The position numbers were made by a program, and so were the translations under genes. 64,000 nucleotides of DNA from Isosphaeraceae bacterium (lineage in GTDB: Bacteria > Planctomycetota > Planctomycetia > Isosphaerales > Isosphaeraceae), in contig JANRKW010000014.1 in the NCBI GenBank assembly GCA_033763215.1, positions 68,214 through 132,213 of the forward strand, in the 5' to 3' direction. The notes below the pieces were generated by a model, which was given only the letters and a program-made list of their open reading frames with translations, was not told the origin of the DNA and made no database searches. Each line of letters opens with the position of its first letter. Positions within the stretch are counted from its first letter, which is position 1. Below are positions 44,906 through 54,243 of this stretch, in pieces.

Positions 44906-45790
44906 TCAGAATCGAGCCGAGCTCGCGGGAGCTCCCTTGGTCGTTGGAACCTTGACCGTCAGGCGGAAGACCCTGCTCGGTCTGCTGACGAAGCCGGTGT
45001 CGAGCGCTTGGAGCCGAAATCGATAACTGCCGTTGGGCAGAGGGGTCGTGATCTTGATGGTGTATTGACCGTTCGAGAGAGCCACGGAACTCGCCACGAC
45101 ATTGCCTCGATCGTCGATGATCTGCATCGTCGAGTTCGGTTCGTAGGTGCCGACGAACGTGGGAGTCGCCGTCTTCGAGGTACTCGCCGACTTCGCCGCC
45201 TGATCGGATCGCTGAAGCGTGGGCGCACCGGGCGGGCGAAGCGGGCGGCCGATCCCGAGCGCGGTTTGGAGGACGAGACTGTAGTCGTTGATGGCGAGTG
45301 TGACGGGATTGAGACTGTCTGCGTCGGCTCTTGCGAGACCGCGCATTCCTTCCTGCAGACCGGCAACGACCGACGGCTCCGCCTTGGCGGCCTGGAGGAC
45401 TCGGCCGAAGGAGAAGTTGAGCGCGTTCGCATCGCTTTGCGAGAGCGACGCACCCGACTGGATCCGGCGGATCTGAAGATTGTAGTTCGAGAGCGCGGAC
45501 GTCGGCGGCGCGGTGAGCCTCGTGATCAGCAGGACGAGGTTTTCCTGGACCTGCTTCATCGAATCGGCGGGAATGAACCGCCCGGGCTGAAAGCTCGCGA
45601 GGAAGAACGGCAGGTTCTGAACGCGCTGGAGGCGCTGCTGGATCGTCTCGGCGGCGGTGGAATCGCCGTCGGCGGCGGGCACGGGGGTACGTCTCGCGAT
45701 GAGCGCCGCGGGGGCGGCGGCCGTGGAGAGGACTTCCCGTCGTTCCAGGCCGTCGCAGCCGGGAACGAATCGTCTTTTGCGGCGATCCAT
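44906..45790 (-). CDS. Secreted protein with a planctomycete-type N-terminal LERREVLS motif and a C-terminal Ig-like/beta-sandwich domain
   Basis: Start MDRRKRRFVPGCDGLERREVLSTAAAPAAL, taken from track arithmetic. In this stretch the printed sequence differs by 1 nt from the track in my reading, so the boundary may be off by 1. C-terminal NGQYTIKITTPLPNGSYRFRLQALD. Confidence 0.5.
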   Translation of the reverse strand: MDRRKRRFVPGCDGLERREVLSTAAAPAALIARRTPVPAADGDSTAAETIQQRLQRVQNLPFFLASFQPGRFIPADSMKQVQENLVLLITRLTAPPTSALSNYNLQIRRIQSGASLSQSDANALNFSFGRVLQAAKAEPSVVAGLQEGMRGLARADADSLNPVTLAINDYSLVLQTALGIGRPLRPPGAPTLQRSDQAAKSASTSKTATPTFVGTYEPNSTMQIIDDRGNVVASSVALSNGQYTIKITTPLPNGSYRFRLQALDTGFVSRPSRVFRLTVKVPTTKGAPASSARF

Positions 45791-45917
45791 GCCTACGCAC
45801 TCCTCTCGATCGACCATCGGTCGTACGAGGGCGCGCGGGCCCTCGGTTCCAAGGGCCTTGCTATACCTCATTCGTCTCGACTCGAGAAGGTGAACCGCAC
45901 GCTGCCGCAGTATGCCT

Positions 45918-46916
45918 TCAGCCGCCGATCGAGTGCATCAGCCGCGTCGGCTTGATGAAGCGAGCGGTGTTGATCTCGTGTCCTTCCCACTTCGAGGCCA
46001 CGCTCTCGCGAAGGGCTTTTGCGATCTGTTCGTCGGTTCCGTCTCCTCGGAGCAGCGGGCGGAGATCGGTCTCCTCGAGCGAGAAGAGACAGTTGCGGAG
46101 CTTGCCTTCGGCGGTGAGTCGGAGGCGGTTGCAGCTCATGCAGAAGGGTCGACTGACCGACGCGATGAATCCGACCCGGCCCCCGCCGTCGCGATAGTCG
46201 TAGTCGAGAGCCGGGGCACGCGGATCGGGGTCGGAGACGGGGTCGAGCGGCCCGACCTGTGCAGAGATCGTCTCGAGGATCTCCGAGGCGAAGAGCACCT
46301 TCTCTCGCTCCCAGAGATTGTCGGCGTCGAGCGGCATGTACTCGATGAACCGGAGCTCGAGTCGATGTTCTCGACAGAACTCTGCGAGCGGCACTATGTC
46401 CGGCTCGGTCGTGCCTTTGATGGCGACCGCATTGATCTTGACCGGATCGAAGCCCGCAGCCTTGGCGGCGAGGATTCCCTCGATCACCTGCTCGAATCCG
46501 GTGCGTCGGGTGATCTCGAGAAAGCGACCGGGATCCATCGTGTCGAGGCTGACGTTGATTCGACGAAGTCCGGCATCCCAGAGTTCTCTCGCGACCGGCG
46601 CGAGCGTGATTCCGTTGGTGGTCAGTCCGATATCGGCGATGCCGGGGATCTCTCGAAGGCTTCGTACGAGGACCGGCAGGTCGCGCCGAACGAGGGGCTC
46701 ACCGCCGGTCAATCGGATCTTGTCGACCCCGAGGGTCGAGGCGACTCGTACGACCCGAGAGATCTCTTCGTAGGAGAGAAGGCTCGACTTCGGCAGGAAT
46801 TGCACCGTCTCCGGCATGCAGTAGACGCAGCGGATGTTGCAGCGATCGGTGACGCTGATCCGCAAGTTGTTGTGGATGCGTCCGAATCCGTCGATGAGGC
46901 GTGCAGTCGAGTTCAT
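45918..46916 (-). CDS. moaA: GTP 3',8-cyclase MoaA (radical SAM)
   Basis: LRISVTDRCNIRCVYCMP (CxxxCxxC). GGEPLVRRD. C-terminal second cluster FCMSCNRLRLTAEGKLRNCLFS. 332 aa. Confidence 0.9.
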   Translation of the reverse strand: MNSTARLIDGFGRIHNNLRISVTDRCNIRCVYCMPETVQFLPKSSLLSYEEISRVVRVASTLGVDKIRLTGGEPLVRRDLPVLVRSLREIPGIADIGLTTNGITLAPVARELWDAGLRRINVSLDTMDPGRFLEITRRTGFEQVIEGILAAKAAGFDPVKINAVAIKGTTEPDIVPLAEFCREHRLELRFIEYMPLDADNLWEREKVLFASEILETISAQVGPLDPVSDPDPRAPALDYDYRDGGGRVGFIASVSRPFCMSCNRLRLTAEGKLRNCLFSLEETDLRPLLRGDGTDEQIAKALRESVASKWEGHEINTARFIKPTRLMHSIGG

Positions 46917-47024
46917 GGGGATTCGCCGGTCGGACGAGTTCGACGTTCGATACGCTATCCATCTTAACCGATCGGCTCGCTGCAGGCGCGACGGCTGGCC
47001 GGCGATTCCGAAGGGTTCGGAGAT

Positions 47025-47438
47025 TCAAGTCCCGGGATGGACCCACTCCTCGGTCCCGTCGGCCCAGACCTCCTTCTTCCAGATCGGAACGATCTCCTTG
47101 AGCGTGTCCATGATCCAACGACAGGACTCGAAGGCCGCGGCGCGATGAGGGGTCGAGACGGCGACGACCACGGAGATCTCGCCCAGGTCGTGCTTCCCGA
47201 GGCGATGCACGATCGCCGCCTCGATGATCGGCCAGCGCGAGCGAGCTTCCGCTTCGAGTTCCGCGAGCTTGCCCGCCGCCATCTCGGGGTAGGCTTCGTA
47301 CTCGAGCGAAGACGTTCGACGCTCGCCCGTCATTTCACGAACGGTGCCGAGAAACGCACAAACCGCCCCAGCAAGGGGTGATCGGACACGCTCGACCACC
47401 GCGGCGTAATCGATCGGAGATTCGGTGAGTTCGACCAT
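47025..47438 (-). CDS. moaE: Molybdopterin synthase catalytic subunit MoaE
   Basis: 137 aa. GAVCAFLGTVRE...LEYEAYPEMA...ISVVVAVSTPHRAAAFESCRWIMDTLKEIVPIWKKE. Confidence 0.85.
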   Translation of the reverse strand: MVELTESPIDYAAVVERVRSPLAGAVCAFLGTVREMTGERRTSSLEYEAYPEMAAGKLAELEAEARSRWPIIEAAIVHRLGKHDLGEISVVVAVSTPHRAAAFESCRWIMDTLKEIVPIWKKEVWADGTEEWVHPGT

Positions 47439-47498
47439 GGCGTCGGCTCGAGGTGAACGGTGACGGTGTATCCGTATCGTGGTCGCGGCGGGGCGACG

Positions 47499-47744
47499 TC
47501 ATCCGCCGCTGACGGGAGGGATCGCTGCGACGTCGGCATTCGGCGGGATCGGGGTGTCGTCGTCCGCGTAGTCGGTTCCGATGGCGAACCGGATTCGGTC
47601 GATCACGGGGTCGAGGCCCGGCACCGCTTCCGAGAGAGCCCGCTTCAGGTCCGAGATCGTGCCGTGGTCGGGAACCTCGAGTTCGATCGTCGGCCGTCCG
47701 GCGCGTTCCTTGGCGATGGCGAAGAGTCGGAGTCGGATCCGCAT
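47499..47744 (-). CDS. moaD: Molybdopterin synthase sulfur-carrier subunit MoaD
   Basis: Internal ATG at 47744 (cat at 47742..47744). MRIRLRLFAIAKERAG...ends VAAIPPVSGG, the ubiquitin-like Gly-Gly C-terminus. 81 aa. Immediately upstream of moaE. Confidence 0.75.
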   Translation of the reverse strand: MRIRLRLFAIAKERAGRPTIELEVPDHGTISDLKRALSEAVPGLDPVIDRIRFAIGTDYADDDTPIPPNADVAAIPPVSGG

Positions 47745-47913
47745 CGGTCGAGTGCGTCTCGGTGGTGGAGTCGGAACGGACGATGGTCGCGACCCGAGGG
47801 GTGCTCGACCCATCTCTCGAGGAACGAGTGTAACATGAATGCGTCCCGCGTCGATCGTTCGCGATCGGACCAGTCGGCCATGATCGCTCCCGCGTTTTGG
47901 GGATTCGCCCTCG

Positions 47914-50688
47914 ATGAAGACGGAGACCGAAGGAGAGTGGATCCGGATTCGCGGAGCACGAGTGCACAATCTCCGTGATGTCGACGTCGACATCCCGCGC
48001 AATCGGTTCGTGGTCTTGACGGGGGTGAGCGGGTCGGGGAAATCGACCTTGGCCTTCGACACGATCCACGCGGAGGGACGTCGACGATACGTCGATGGGC
48101 TCTCCAGCCATGCCCGGAGGTTTCTCGATCAACTCGAGCGGCCCGACGTCGACGAGATCGAGGGGTTGCCGCCGACCGTTGCGATCGATCAGAGGTCCGG
48201 ATCGGCGAACCCGAGGAGCACGGTCGCGACGTTGACGGAGATCCACGATCATCTCCGATTGCTCTACGCTCGCGTCGGGACGCCGCACTGTGCGGGGTGC
48301 GGCGGGGAGATTCGACGGCAGTCGCCCGAGCAGGTCGTGTCGTCGATCCTGTCGCTCCCTGACGGGACGAAACTGATTCTCCTGGCCCCGCTGGTTCGGG
48401 GCCGCAAGGGCGAGCATCGCGAGGCGTTCGATGCAATCCGCCGCGCCGGTCTGCTCCGAGCGAGGGTCGACGGAGAAACGATCGAGATTCAAGAGGATCC
48501 GAAGCTCGCGAAGACCAAGGCGCACCGGATCGAGGCGGTGGTGGATCGCCTCGTGGTTCGCGAGGGCATCCGCCCCCGTCTCGCCGAGAGCGTCGACGCC
48601 GCTCTACGACTCGGAGACGGCGCGATCGTGGTCTCAGTCCAAGAAGGGGCCGAATGGATCGACCGACCTTCGAGCATCCATTACGCTTGCCCCAGTTGCG
48701 GGACGAGCCTGGAAGAGTTGGAGCCGCGGACCTTCAGCTTCAACAGTCCGTATGGTGCGTGTCCGAGTTGCGACGGCCTTGGGAGCATCGCCTCGTTCGA
48801 GCCGGACGCGGTGTTGCGCGACCCTGGTCGATCGCTCGACAGTGGTCTCGTCGCAGCCTGGGAGGCGCTCGGGCCGCGGTCCCGACAGCGTGAGTCGACC
48901 GATCCCGGTCTCGAAGCGTTTCTGAGTGCGTTCAAGATCAGCCGGAGCAAGCCTTTTCGGGCCTGGAGCTCGAAAGCCCGCGATGGATTCCTCCGCGGAA
49001 CGAACGAGTACGCAGGCGTTCTCCGACGCCTCGCCGAACTCTACGAGGCAACGACCGACTCGGAGCGGGCGACGCTCGAGTCGTTTCGAGTCGTTCGCCC
49101 CTGTGCGTCGTGCGGAGGGGCCCGCTTGAGACCCGAGGCCCGAGCCGTACTGATCGAATCGACGTCGATCGATCGGCTTTGCGGGCTGTCGATCCGAAGC
49201 GCTCGGGGCTTTCTCGCGCAGTGGACGCCCTCCCTGGAGGCCTCCGCGATCGCCCGGCCGATCCTGGCCGAGGTCGAGCGGCGGCTCGGCTTTCTCGAGC
49301 AAGTGGGTCTCGGCTACTTGACGCTCGATCGCTCCGCCGACACTCTCTCGGGCGGCGAGCTCCAGAGAGTGCGTCTCGGCAGTCAAGTGGGTTCGGGACT
49401 GGTCGGTGTCTGTTACGTCCTCGACGAGCCGACCGCCGGCCTGCACCCCTCGGATACCGAGCGATTGCTCTCCACCCTCGTCGAGCTGCGCGACCGAGGA
49501 AACAGTCTCGTCGTCGTCGAGCACGATGAACTGACGATCCGTCGCGCCGATTGGCTCATCGATCTCGGTCCCGGCGCGGGGATCGAGGGCGGTCGAGTCG
49601 TGGAGCGCGGATTTCCGGCCGACGTGGTCGCTCGCGGGGAGACTCTCACCGCCCAGTATCTTGGCCGCGAGCCTGGATCGATCGTTCCGAGACATCGCTC
49701 GATGCCAACGCATTGGATCTCGATCAAGGATGCACGCGCGAACAATCTTCGAGGGATCGACGTGGACTTTCCGCTCGGGCGGTTGATCTGCGTGACGGGC
49801 GTGAGCGGCTCGGGAAAGAGCACGCTCGTGCACGAGATCCTCGCCCGAGCCTGCAGGCGTGTGCTCGCAGGGTCTGACCCCGGTTCGACCGATCATGGTG
49901 GGGTGATCGGGCTCGAACGCATCGACAAGGTGATCGAGGTCGATCAAGCTCCGCTGGGGAAGGGATCGCGCTCGACCCCCGCCACCTACACCGGTCTCTT
50001 CGACGAGATCCGCCGCGTCTATGCTCGAATGCGCGAGTCGAAGATTCGAGGCTTCGGTGCCGGCAGGTTCAGCTTCAATGCCAAGCCTGGTAGGTGCGAG
50101 CGTTGCGCGGGTCTCGGGGTACGACGCATCGAAATGGGATTCCTGCCGGCGATCGAGATCCGCTGCGAGTCGTGCAATGGACTCCGCTTCAATCCCTCGA
50201 CACTCGAAGTGAAGTTCCGCGGCAAGTCGATCGGCGAGGTACTCGGGATGCGAGTCGACGAAGCTCTCGAGATCTTCGAGAACGTTCCTCGCGTCAAGCG
50301 TGGACTCGAGTCGTTGCGTGAGGCCGGGCTGGGATACGTCGCGCTCGGCCAATCGAGCACGACGCTCTCGGGTGGCGAGTCTCAGCGAGTCAAGCTCGCG
50401 GCGGAACTCGGTAAGGCAGCGACCGGGAACACGCTCTACATCCTCGACGAACCGACCACCGGACTCCACTTTGCCGATACCGAGCGATTGCTGGCGCTCC
50501 TCGATCGATTGGTCGATCTCGGGAACACCGTCTTGGTGATCGAACACGCTCTCGAGGTCATCCGTCGCGCCGATTGGGTGATCGATCTCGGGCCCGGCGG
50601 GGGAGAAGAAGGCGGCGAGCTCATCGCCTCGGGGCCGCCGGAAGCGATTCGAGAGGTCGAACGCAGCCTCACCGGTCGCTGGATCTGA
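47914..50688 (+). CDS. uvrA: Excinuclease ABC subunit A
   Basis: 924 aa. Two ABC modules (GVSGSGKST twice). Zinc-finger Cys pairs CAGCGG, CPSCG, CASCGG, CERCAG, CESCNG. LSGGE signature motifs. By my reading the ATG is at 47915, one base off from the track. Confidence 0.95.
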   Translation: MKTETEGEWIRIRGARVHNLRDVDVDIPRNRFVVLTGVSGSGKSTLAFDTIHAEGRRRYVDGLSSHARRFLDQLERPDVDEIEGLPPTVAIDQRSGSANPRSTVATLTEIHDHLRLLYARVGTPHCAGCGGEIRRQSPEQVVSSILSLPDGTKLILLAPLVRGRKGEHREAFDAIRRAGLLRARVDGETIEIQEDPKLAKTKAHRIEAVVDRLVVREGIRPRLAESVDAALRLGDGAIVVSVQEGAEWIDRPSSIHYACPSCGTSLEELEPRTFSFNSPYGACPSCDGLGSIASFEPDAVLRDPGRSLDSGLVAAWEALGPRSRQRESTDPGLEAFLSAFKISRSKPFRAWSSKARDGFLRGTNEYAGVLRRLAELYEATTDSERATLESFRVVRPCASCGGARLRPEARAVLIESTSIDRLCGLSIRSARGFLAQWTPSLEASAIARPILAEVERRLGFLEQVGLGYLTLDRSADTLSGGELQRVRLGSQVGSGLVGVCYVLDEPTAGLHPSDTERLLSTLVELRDRGNSLVVVEHDELTIRRADWLIDLGPGAGIEGGRVVERGFPADVVARGETLTAQYLGREPGSIVPRHRSMPTHWISIKDARANNLRGIDVDFPLGRLICVTGVSGSGKSTLVHEILARACRRVLAGSDPGSTDHGGVIGLERIDKVIEVDQAPLGKGSRSTPATYTGLFDEIRRVYARMRESKIRGFGAGRFSFNAKPGRCERCAGLGVRRIEMGFLPAIEIRCESCNGLRFNPSTLEVKFRGKSIGEVLGMRVDEALEIFENVPRVKRGLESLREAGLGYVALGQSSTTLSGGESQRVKLAAELGKAATGNTLYILDEPTTGLHFADTERLLALLDRLVDLGNTVLVIEHALEVIRRADWVIDLGPGGGEEGGELIASGPPEAIREVERSLTGRWI

Positions 50689-51763
50689 AAGGAGTCTCGG
50701 TCCGGAGTCGCGAGGCCTCGAGTGGTCTTCGACGATGATTCCGGACTTCGCGCATCGGGTTGACCCGGAGCGGGAAGTGAGGCCGAGCGACGCCTCGACG
50801 AGCGATGTCGAACCGGAGGGCACGTCGAGTCGCGAGCATCCGAATCGAACGGACCGCGTCGAGCTTCCCGAGGAGGAATGGACGTAGGCGTCCACGGATC
50901 AGACGGGCGATGCACTGGGCGAGCGTGAAGGCCAGGTGCGGCCAGAACGCGACGAACATCCAGAGAGGCGGGAGATTCGTCCAGAAGAGGAGTTCGGAGT
51001 TCCGCGCCATTCTGCGCTGGAGTTCGGGGCGGGAATGGTCGTATGAGGCCGAGACTTCGTGGAGGATCACCGAACGAGGCTGGTGAACGCAGGAGTATCC
51101 CGCCCATCGCAGTCGGAACGCGAGATCGACGTCTTCGTAGTAGGAACCGAAGGCGGGGTCGTAGCCGCCGACTCGCTCGATCGCCGAGGCGCGGTAGAAC
51201 GCACTGGAGCCTGAAGCGCCGAAGACGACGTCGGTCGGGCGGTCGGTCCACTCTGCGGCCGCCTCGCCGTGTCCACGCTTGAAGGGCCATCCGATCAACG
51301 CGTATCCATCACCCGCGGAGTCGACGCGCGACGGATCCGACCGAACGAGCACCAACGGGGCGACCGAACCGACCCGCGGATCCTCGAAAGGTGCGAGTCC
51401 GGTCTCGATCCAGCCGGCGGTCACTTCCGTATCGTTGTTGAGGAGTTGGATGAATCGTCCGCCGGCGAGGCTCAAGCCCGCATTCGCCGCCGCGACGAAT
51501 CCGCCGTTCCGCTCGAGCACGACGAGACGCACCTTGGGATATCGCTGGGAGACCCAACTGCGAGTGTCGTCGGTCGACGCGTCGTCGACGACGATCACTT
51601 CGACGTCGAGATCCTCCGGGAGATGCTCGAAGACGCTTGCGAGGCAAACTTCGAGCAGGTGTCGGCCGTTGTAGGTCGGGATCACGACGGAGCAGTCGGG
51701 GCGTCGGCCGGGTGCGCTGGTCACGCGGGAGGTCTCCGAGGGGTACGACCTCCGTCGTTCCAC
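50669..51763 (-). CDS. Family 2 glycosyltransferase
   Basis: CSVVIPTYNGRHLLEVCLASV...VIVVDDASTDDT...LNNDTEV: a GT-A fold with a DxD motif. The true start is probably internal, because the track ORF overlaps the upstream gene by 43 nt. Confidence 0.75.
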   Translation of the reverse strand: MERRRSYPSETSRVTSAPGRRPDCSVVIPTYNGRHLLEVCLASVFEHLPEDLDVEVIVVDDASTDDTRSWVSQRYPKVRLVVLERNGGFVAAANAGLSLAGGRFIQLLNNDTEVTAGWIETGLAPFEDPRVGSVAPLVLVRSDPSRVDSAGDGYALIGWPFKRGHGEAAAEWTDRPTDVVFGASGSSAFYRASAIERVGGYDPAFGSYYEDVDLAFRLRWAGYSCVHQPRSVILHEVSASYDHSRPELQRRMARNSELLFWTNLPPLWMFVAFWPHLAFTLAQCIARLIRGRLRPFLLGKLDAVRSIRMLATRRALRFDIARRGVARPHFPLRVNPMREVRNHRRRPLEASRLRTETPFRSSDR

Positions 51764-52944
51764 GAAGTTCGACCGAATACGACGTGCTCGAAGGTCATGA
51801 GCAGTACTCGGAAATCGATCCAGAACGACCAGCGTTGGATGTAGTCGAGATCGTACTGAACTCGCTTGCGGAGCGACGTCCGGCCCCGCCAGCCGTGAAC
51901 CTGGGCCCAGCCGGTCATTCCGCCGGGCATCGCGTGGCGGAGGTCGTAGTCGGGGACGGTCTCGCGGAACTTCTCGACGAACACGGGTCGCTCGGGCCGA
52001 GGGCCGACGAGACTCATCTCGCCGCGGAGGACGTTGAAGAGCTGCGGGAGTTCATCGATGTTCGTCCGGCGGAGCCAGGCACCGATACGCGTACAACGAT
52101 CGTCGCGGTTCGATGCCCAGATCGGTCCGGTCGAGCCCTCGGCGTCGGGTCTCATGCTCCGGAACTTGTGCATTCGGAAGAGTCTACCTCCCCGACCGAC
52201 TCGTTCCTGCGTGTAGAGGATGGGGCGTCCCGATGTGATCAAGATCGCCAAGGCGATCACGGCAAACAGGGGCGAGAGAACGGTCAGCCCGAAGAGTGCC
52301 CCCAGGATGTCGATCGCACGCTTCGCGATCCGATGGCGTCGCCTCCCGAAGCTCGGCTGGGCGATGGTCCAGGCGGCCGGCGCGATTCCCGCGCTTCCGG
52401 GCGAGGGGTCCTCGGCAAGCCAGAGCACATGGAGATTCGACTTGGAGACGATCTCGAGCTGTCGACGGATCCGGTGTCGCGACTTTCCGGTGAGAGTGAT
52501 CACCAGGTGGGTCGCCTTGGCTTGGTCGACGAGTTCCGCGAGTCGATCGATGCGACCCAGCACCGGAACCGGCTCGGATTGGGGATGGATCGCCAGTTGT
52601 CGTCCGCGAGCGAGCGGACCGACGTAGCCGGCGTGTCCTGCGTCGACGAAGCCGACGACAGGTAGGTCGAGCGCGGGACCGCGTCGCAGAGAGCGCGCCA
52701 CGCGTCGACTGTCGCGATGTTCACCGACGATCAGGGCCCTCGACGAGGGGGCGTCGATGCCCGTTGCGAGAGGCTCGCCCCGCTCCGAGTTGCTCGCTCC
52801 AAGGACCGCCCAGGTCGAGGCGCGATCTCCGAGGGGCTTTTCCATGGTCGTCCACCGTTCCATCGGCGTGAGTCGGGATCGCGACCGAAACCTCGGCACA
52901 GGGGCCGGTTCGGCACCGTCGACTCGAACGAGCGGTCTCACCAT
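51721..52944 (-). CDS. Polyprenyl-phosphate glycosylphosphotransferase (bacterial sugar transferase, WbaP/WcaJ-like initiating enzyme)
   Basis: C-terminal catalytic region KRAIDILGALFGLTVLSPLFAVIALAIL...RVGRGGRLFRMHKFRSM...IDELPQLFNVLRGEMSLVGPRP. Also an N-terminal NAD-binding-like segment. Confidence 0.8.
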   Translation of the reverse strand: MVRPLVRVDGAEPAPVPRFRSRSRLTPMERWTTMEKPLGDRASTWAVLGASNSERGEPLATGIDAPSSRALIVGEHRDSRRVARSLRRGPALDLPVVGFVDAGHAGYVGPLARGRQLAIHPQSEPVPVLGRIDRLAELVDQAKATHLVITLTGKSRHRIRRQLEIVSKSNLHVLWLAEDPSPGSAGIAPAAWTIAQPSFGRRRHRIAKRAIDILGALFGLTVLSPLFAVIALAILITSGRPILYTQERVGRGGRLFRMHKFRSMRPDAEGSTGPIWASNRDDRCTRIGAWLRRTNIDELPQLFNVLRGEMSLVGPRPERPVFVEKFRETVPDYDLRHAMPGGMTGWAQVHGWRGRTSLRKRVQYDLDYIQRWSFWIDFRVLLMTFEHVVFGRTSWNDGGRTPRRPPA

Positions 52945-53065
52945 CCTTGGCGATCCCCCTGTTGAATTCCCTCGTGGTCTTCCATCGGCCGTCCCGACCG
53001 ATTATTCCAGTATTTCCTCGCGTGACGTTCGGACGGTCCGAAGGCGCCGAGTCCCGAGCCCATGA

Positions 53066-54172
53066 ATGAGTGGCGTGACGACTTCGAATCCCGCCGAATC
53101 TGATTCCACGGATCGTTCTCGGAACGATCGTCTCGCTCCGACGCGTCTCTCGGTCGTCATCGTCAACTACAACGGCTGGGACGACGTCGCTCGATTGATC
53201 CTCTCCCTCGGACGTTCGTCGCTGGTCGCATCGGGCCTCGCCGAGATCCTCTTGATCGACAACGCCTCACCCGACCCGATCCCTACCGATTTCCCGCAGA
53301 TGCCGGGGAGATCGAGGCTGATCTTCCGGGCCGACAACGGCGGATTCGCGGTCGGGGTCAACGAAGGTCGCAAGGCATCCCAAAGTCCTTGGCTGCTCGT
53401 GCTCAACCCCGATGTCGAGGTCGAGCCCGAACTCCTCGACCGAGTCATCGACAGGATCGACGACTACGAAGCTCGACCGGGACGTCCTCCCGGGCTGGTC
53501 GGCTACGCGCTCGAGAATCCGGACGGATCGGCTCAGCCCTCGGTCGGCTCGTTCCCGAGCCTGCTTCGGACCCTGCGCGAGCAGTTGATACCCCGATCTC
53601 GCCGGAAATACCAGCCCGATCGGCTCGTGCGTCCCGGACCCGTTCCCTGGGTCACCGGAGCGTGTCTGCTGGTGAACGTCGCCGCCTTCGATTCCGTCGG
53701 CGGCATGGATGAGGATTTCTTCCTCTACCACGAAGAAGTCGCGCTCTGCAAAGCGATGACGGACGCCGGCTGGGCGGTCGAATACGACCCCGCCGTGTCG
53801 GTCGTCCATCTTCGGCCTCTTCAGAATCGCTCGATCTCACCGAAGATGCGTCTCGTGACGCGGCACAGCAAGCTGCTCTACTTCCTCAAGCATCTTCCTC
53901 GTCGCGAATTCGATTGGCTTCGTTTCGGGATCGGCCTCGAGGCGCGTCTCCGCGGCCCGATCGCGGCGCTCCTCGGCCACGAAATCGAGGCGCGTTCTTG
54001 GCGGGCGATCTCTCAGTTGACGCGATTGATGGCGTCGGGGCGGGTCGTCCCCGGATCGGTGGTGCGCGACGTCGGGGAGCGGCTGGCTCTCTCCGGGCCG
54101 ACCCTCGAGGATTGGGAGAAAATCGGGCTCGAACCCGAGTCCGGTCGCCCGCCCGGCTCGAACTCCGACTGA
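53066..54172 (+). CDS. Family 2 glycosyltransferase
   Basis: ATG at 53066 (checked). LSVVIVNYNGWDDVARLILSL...LLIDNASPD...VLNPDVEV. Confidence 0.8.
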   Translation: MSGVTTSNPAESDSTDRSRNDRLAPTRLSVVIVNYNGWDDVARLILSLGRSSLVASGLAEILLIDNASPDPIPTDFPQMPGRSRLIFRADNGGFAVGVNEGRKASQSPWLLVLNPDVEVEPELLDRVIDRIDDYEARPGRPPGLVGYALENPDGSAQPSVGSFPSLLRTLREQLIPRSRRKYQPDRLVRPGPVPWVTGACLLVNVAAFDSVGGMDEDFFLYHEEVALCKAMTDAGWAVEYDPAVSVVHLRPLQNRSISPKMRLVTRHSKLLYFLKHLPRREFDWLRFGIGLEARLRGPIAALLGHEIEARSWRAISQLTRLMASGRVVPGSVVRDVGERLALSGPTLEDWEKIGLEPESGRPPGSNSD

Positions 54173-54243
54173 TTCTCGAACAGCGCGCGAACCTTCGCGC
54201 GGGATGCACCCGCTCGCAAACGACCCCAAGGCGGGGGTCGCTC

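Noticed and set aside
47745-47913. Possible Moco riboswitch in the 170-nt divergent region between moaD and uvrA
   Set aside because: The size and position upstream of a moa operon are suggestive. I could not recognise the conserved Moco-RNA stems by eye. An Rfam or Infernal scan (RF01055) would be needed.
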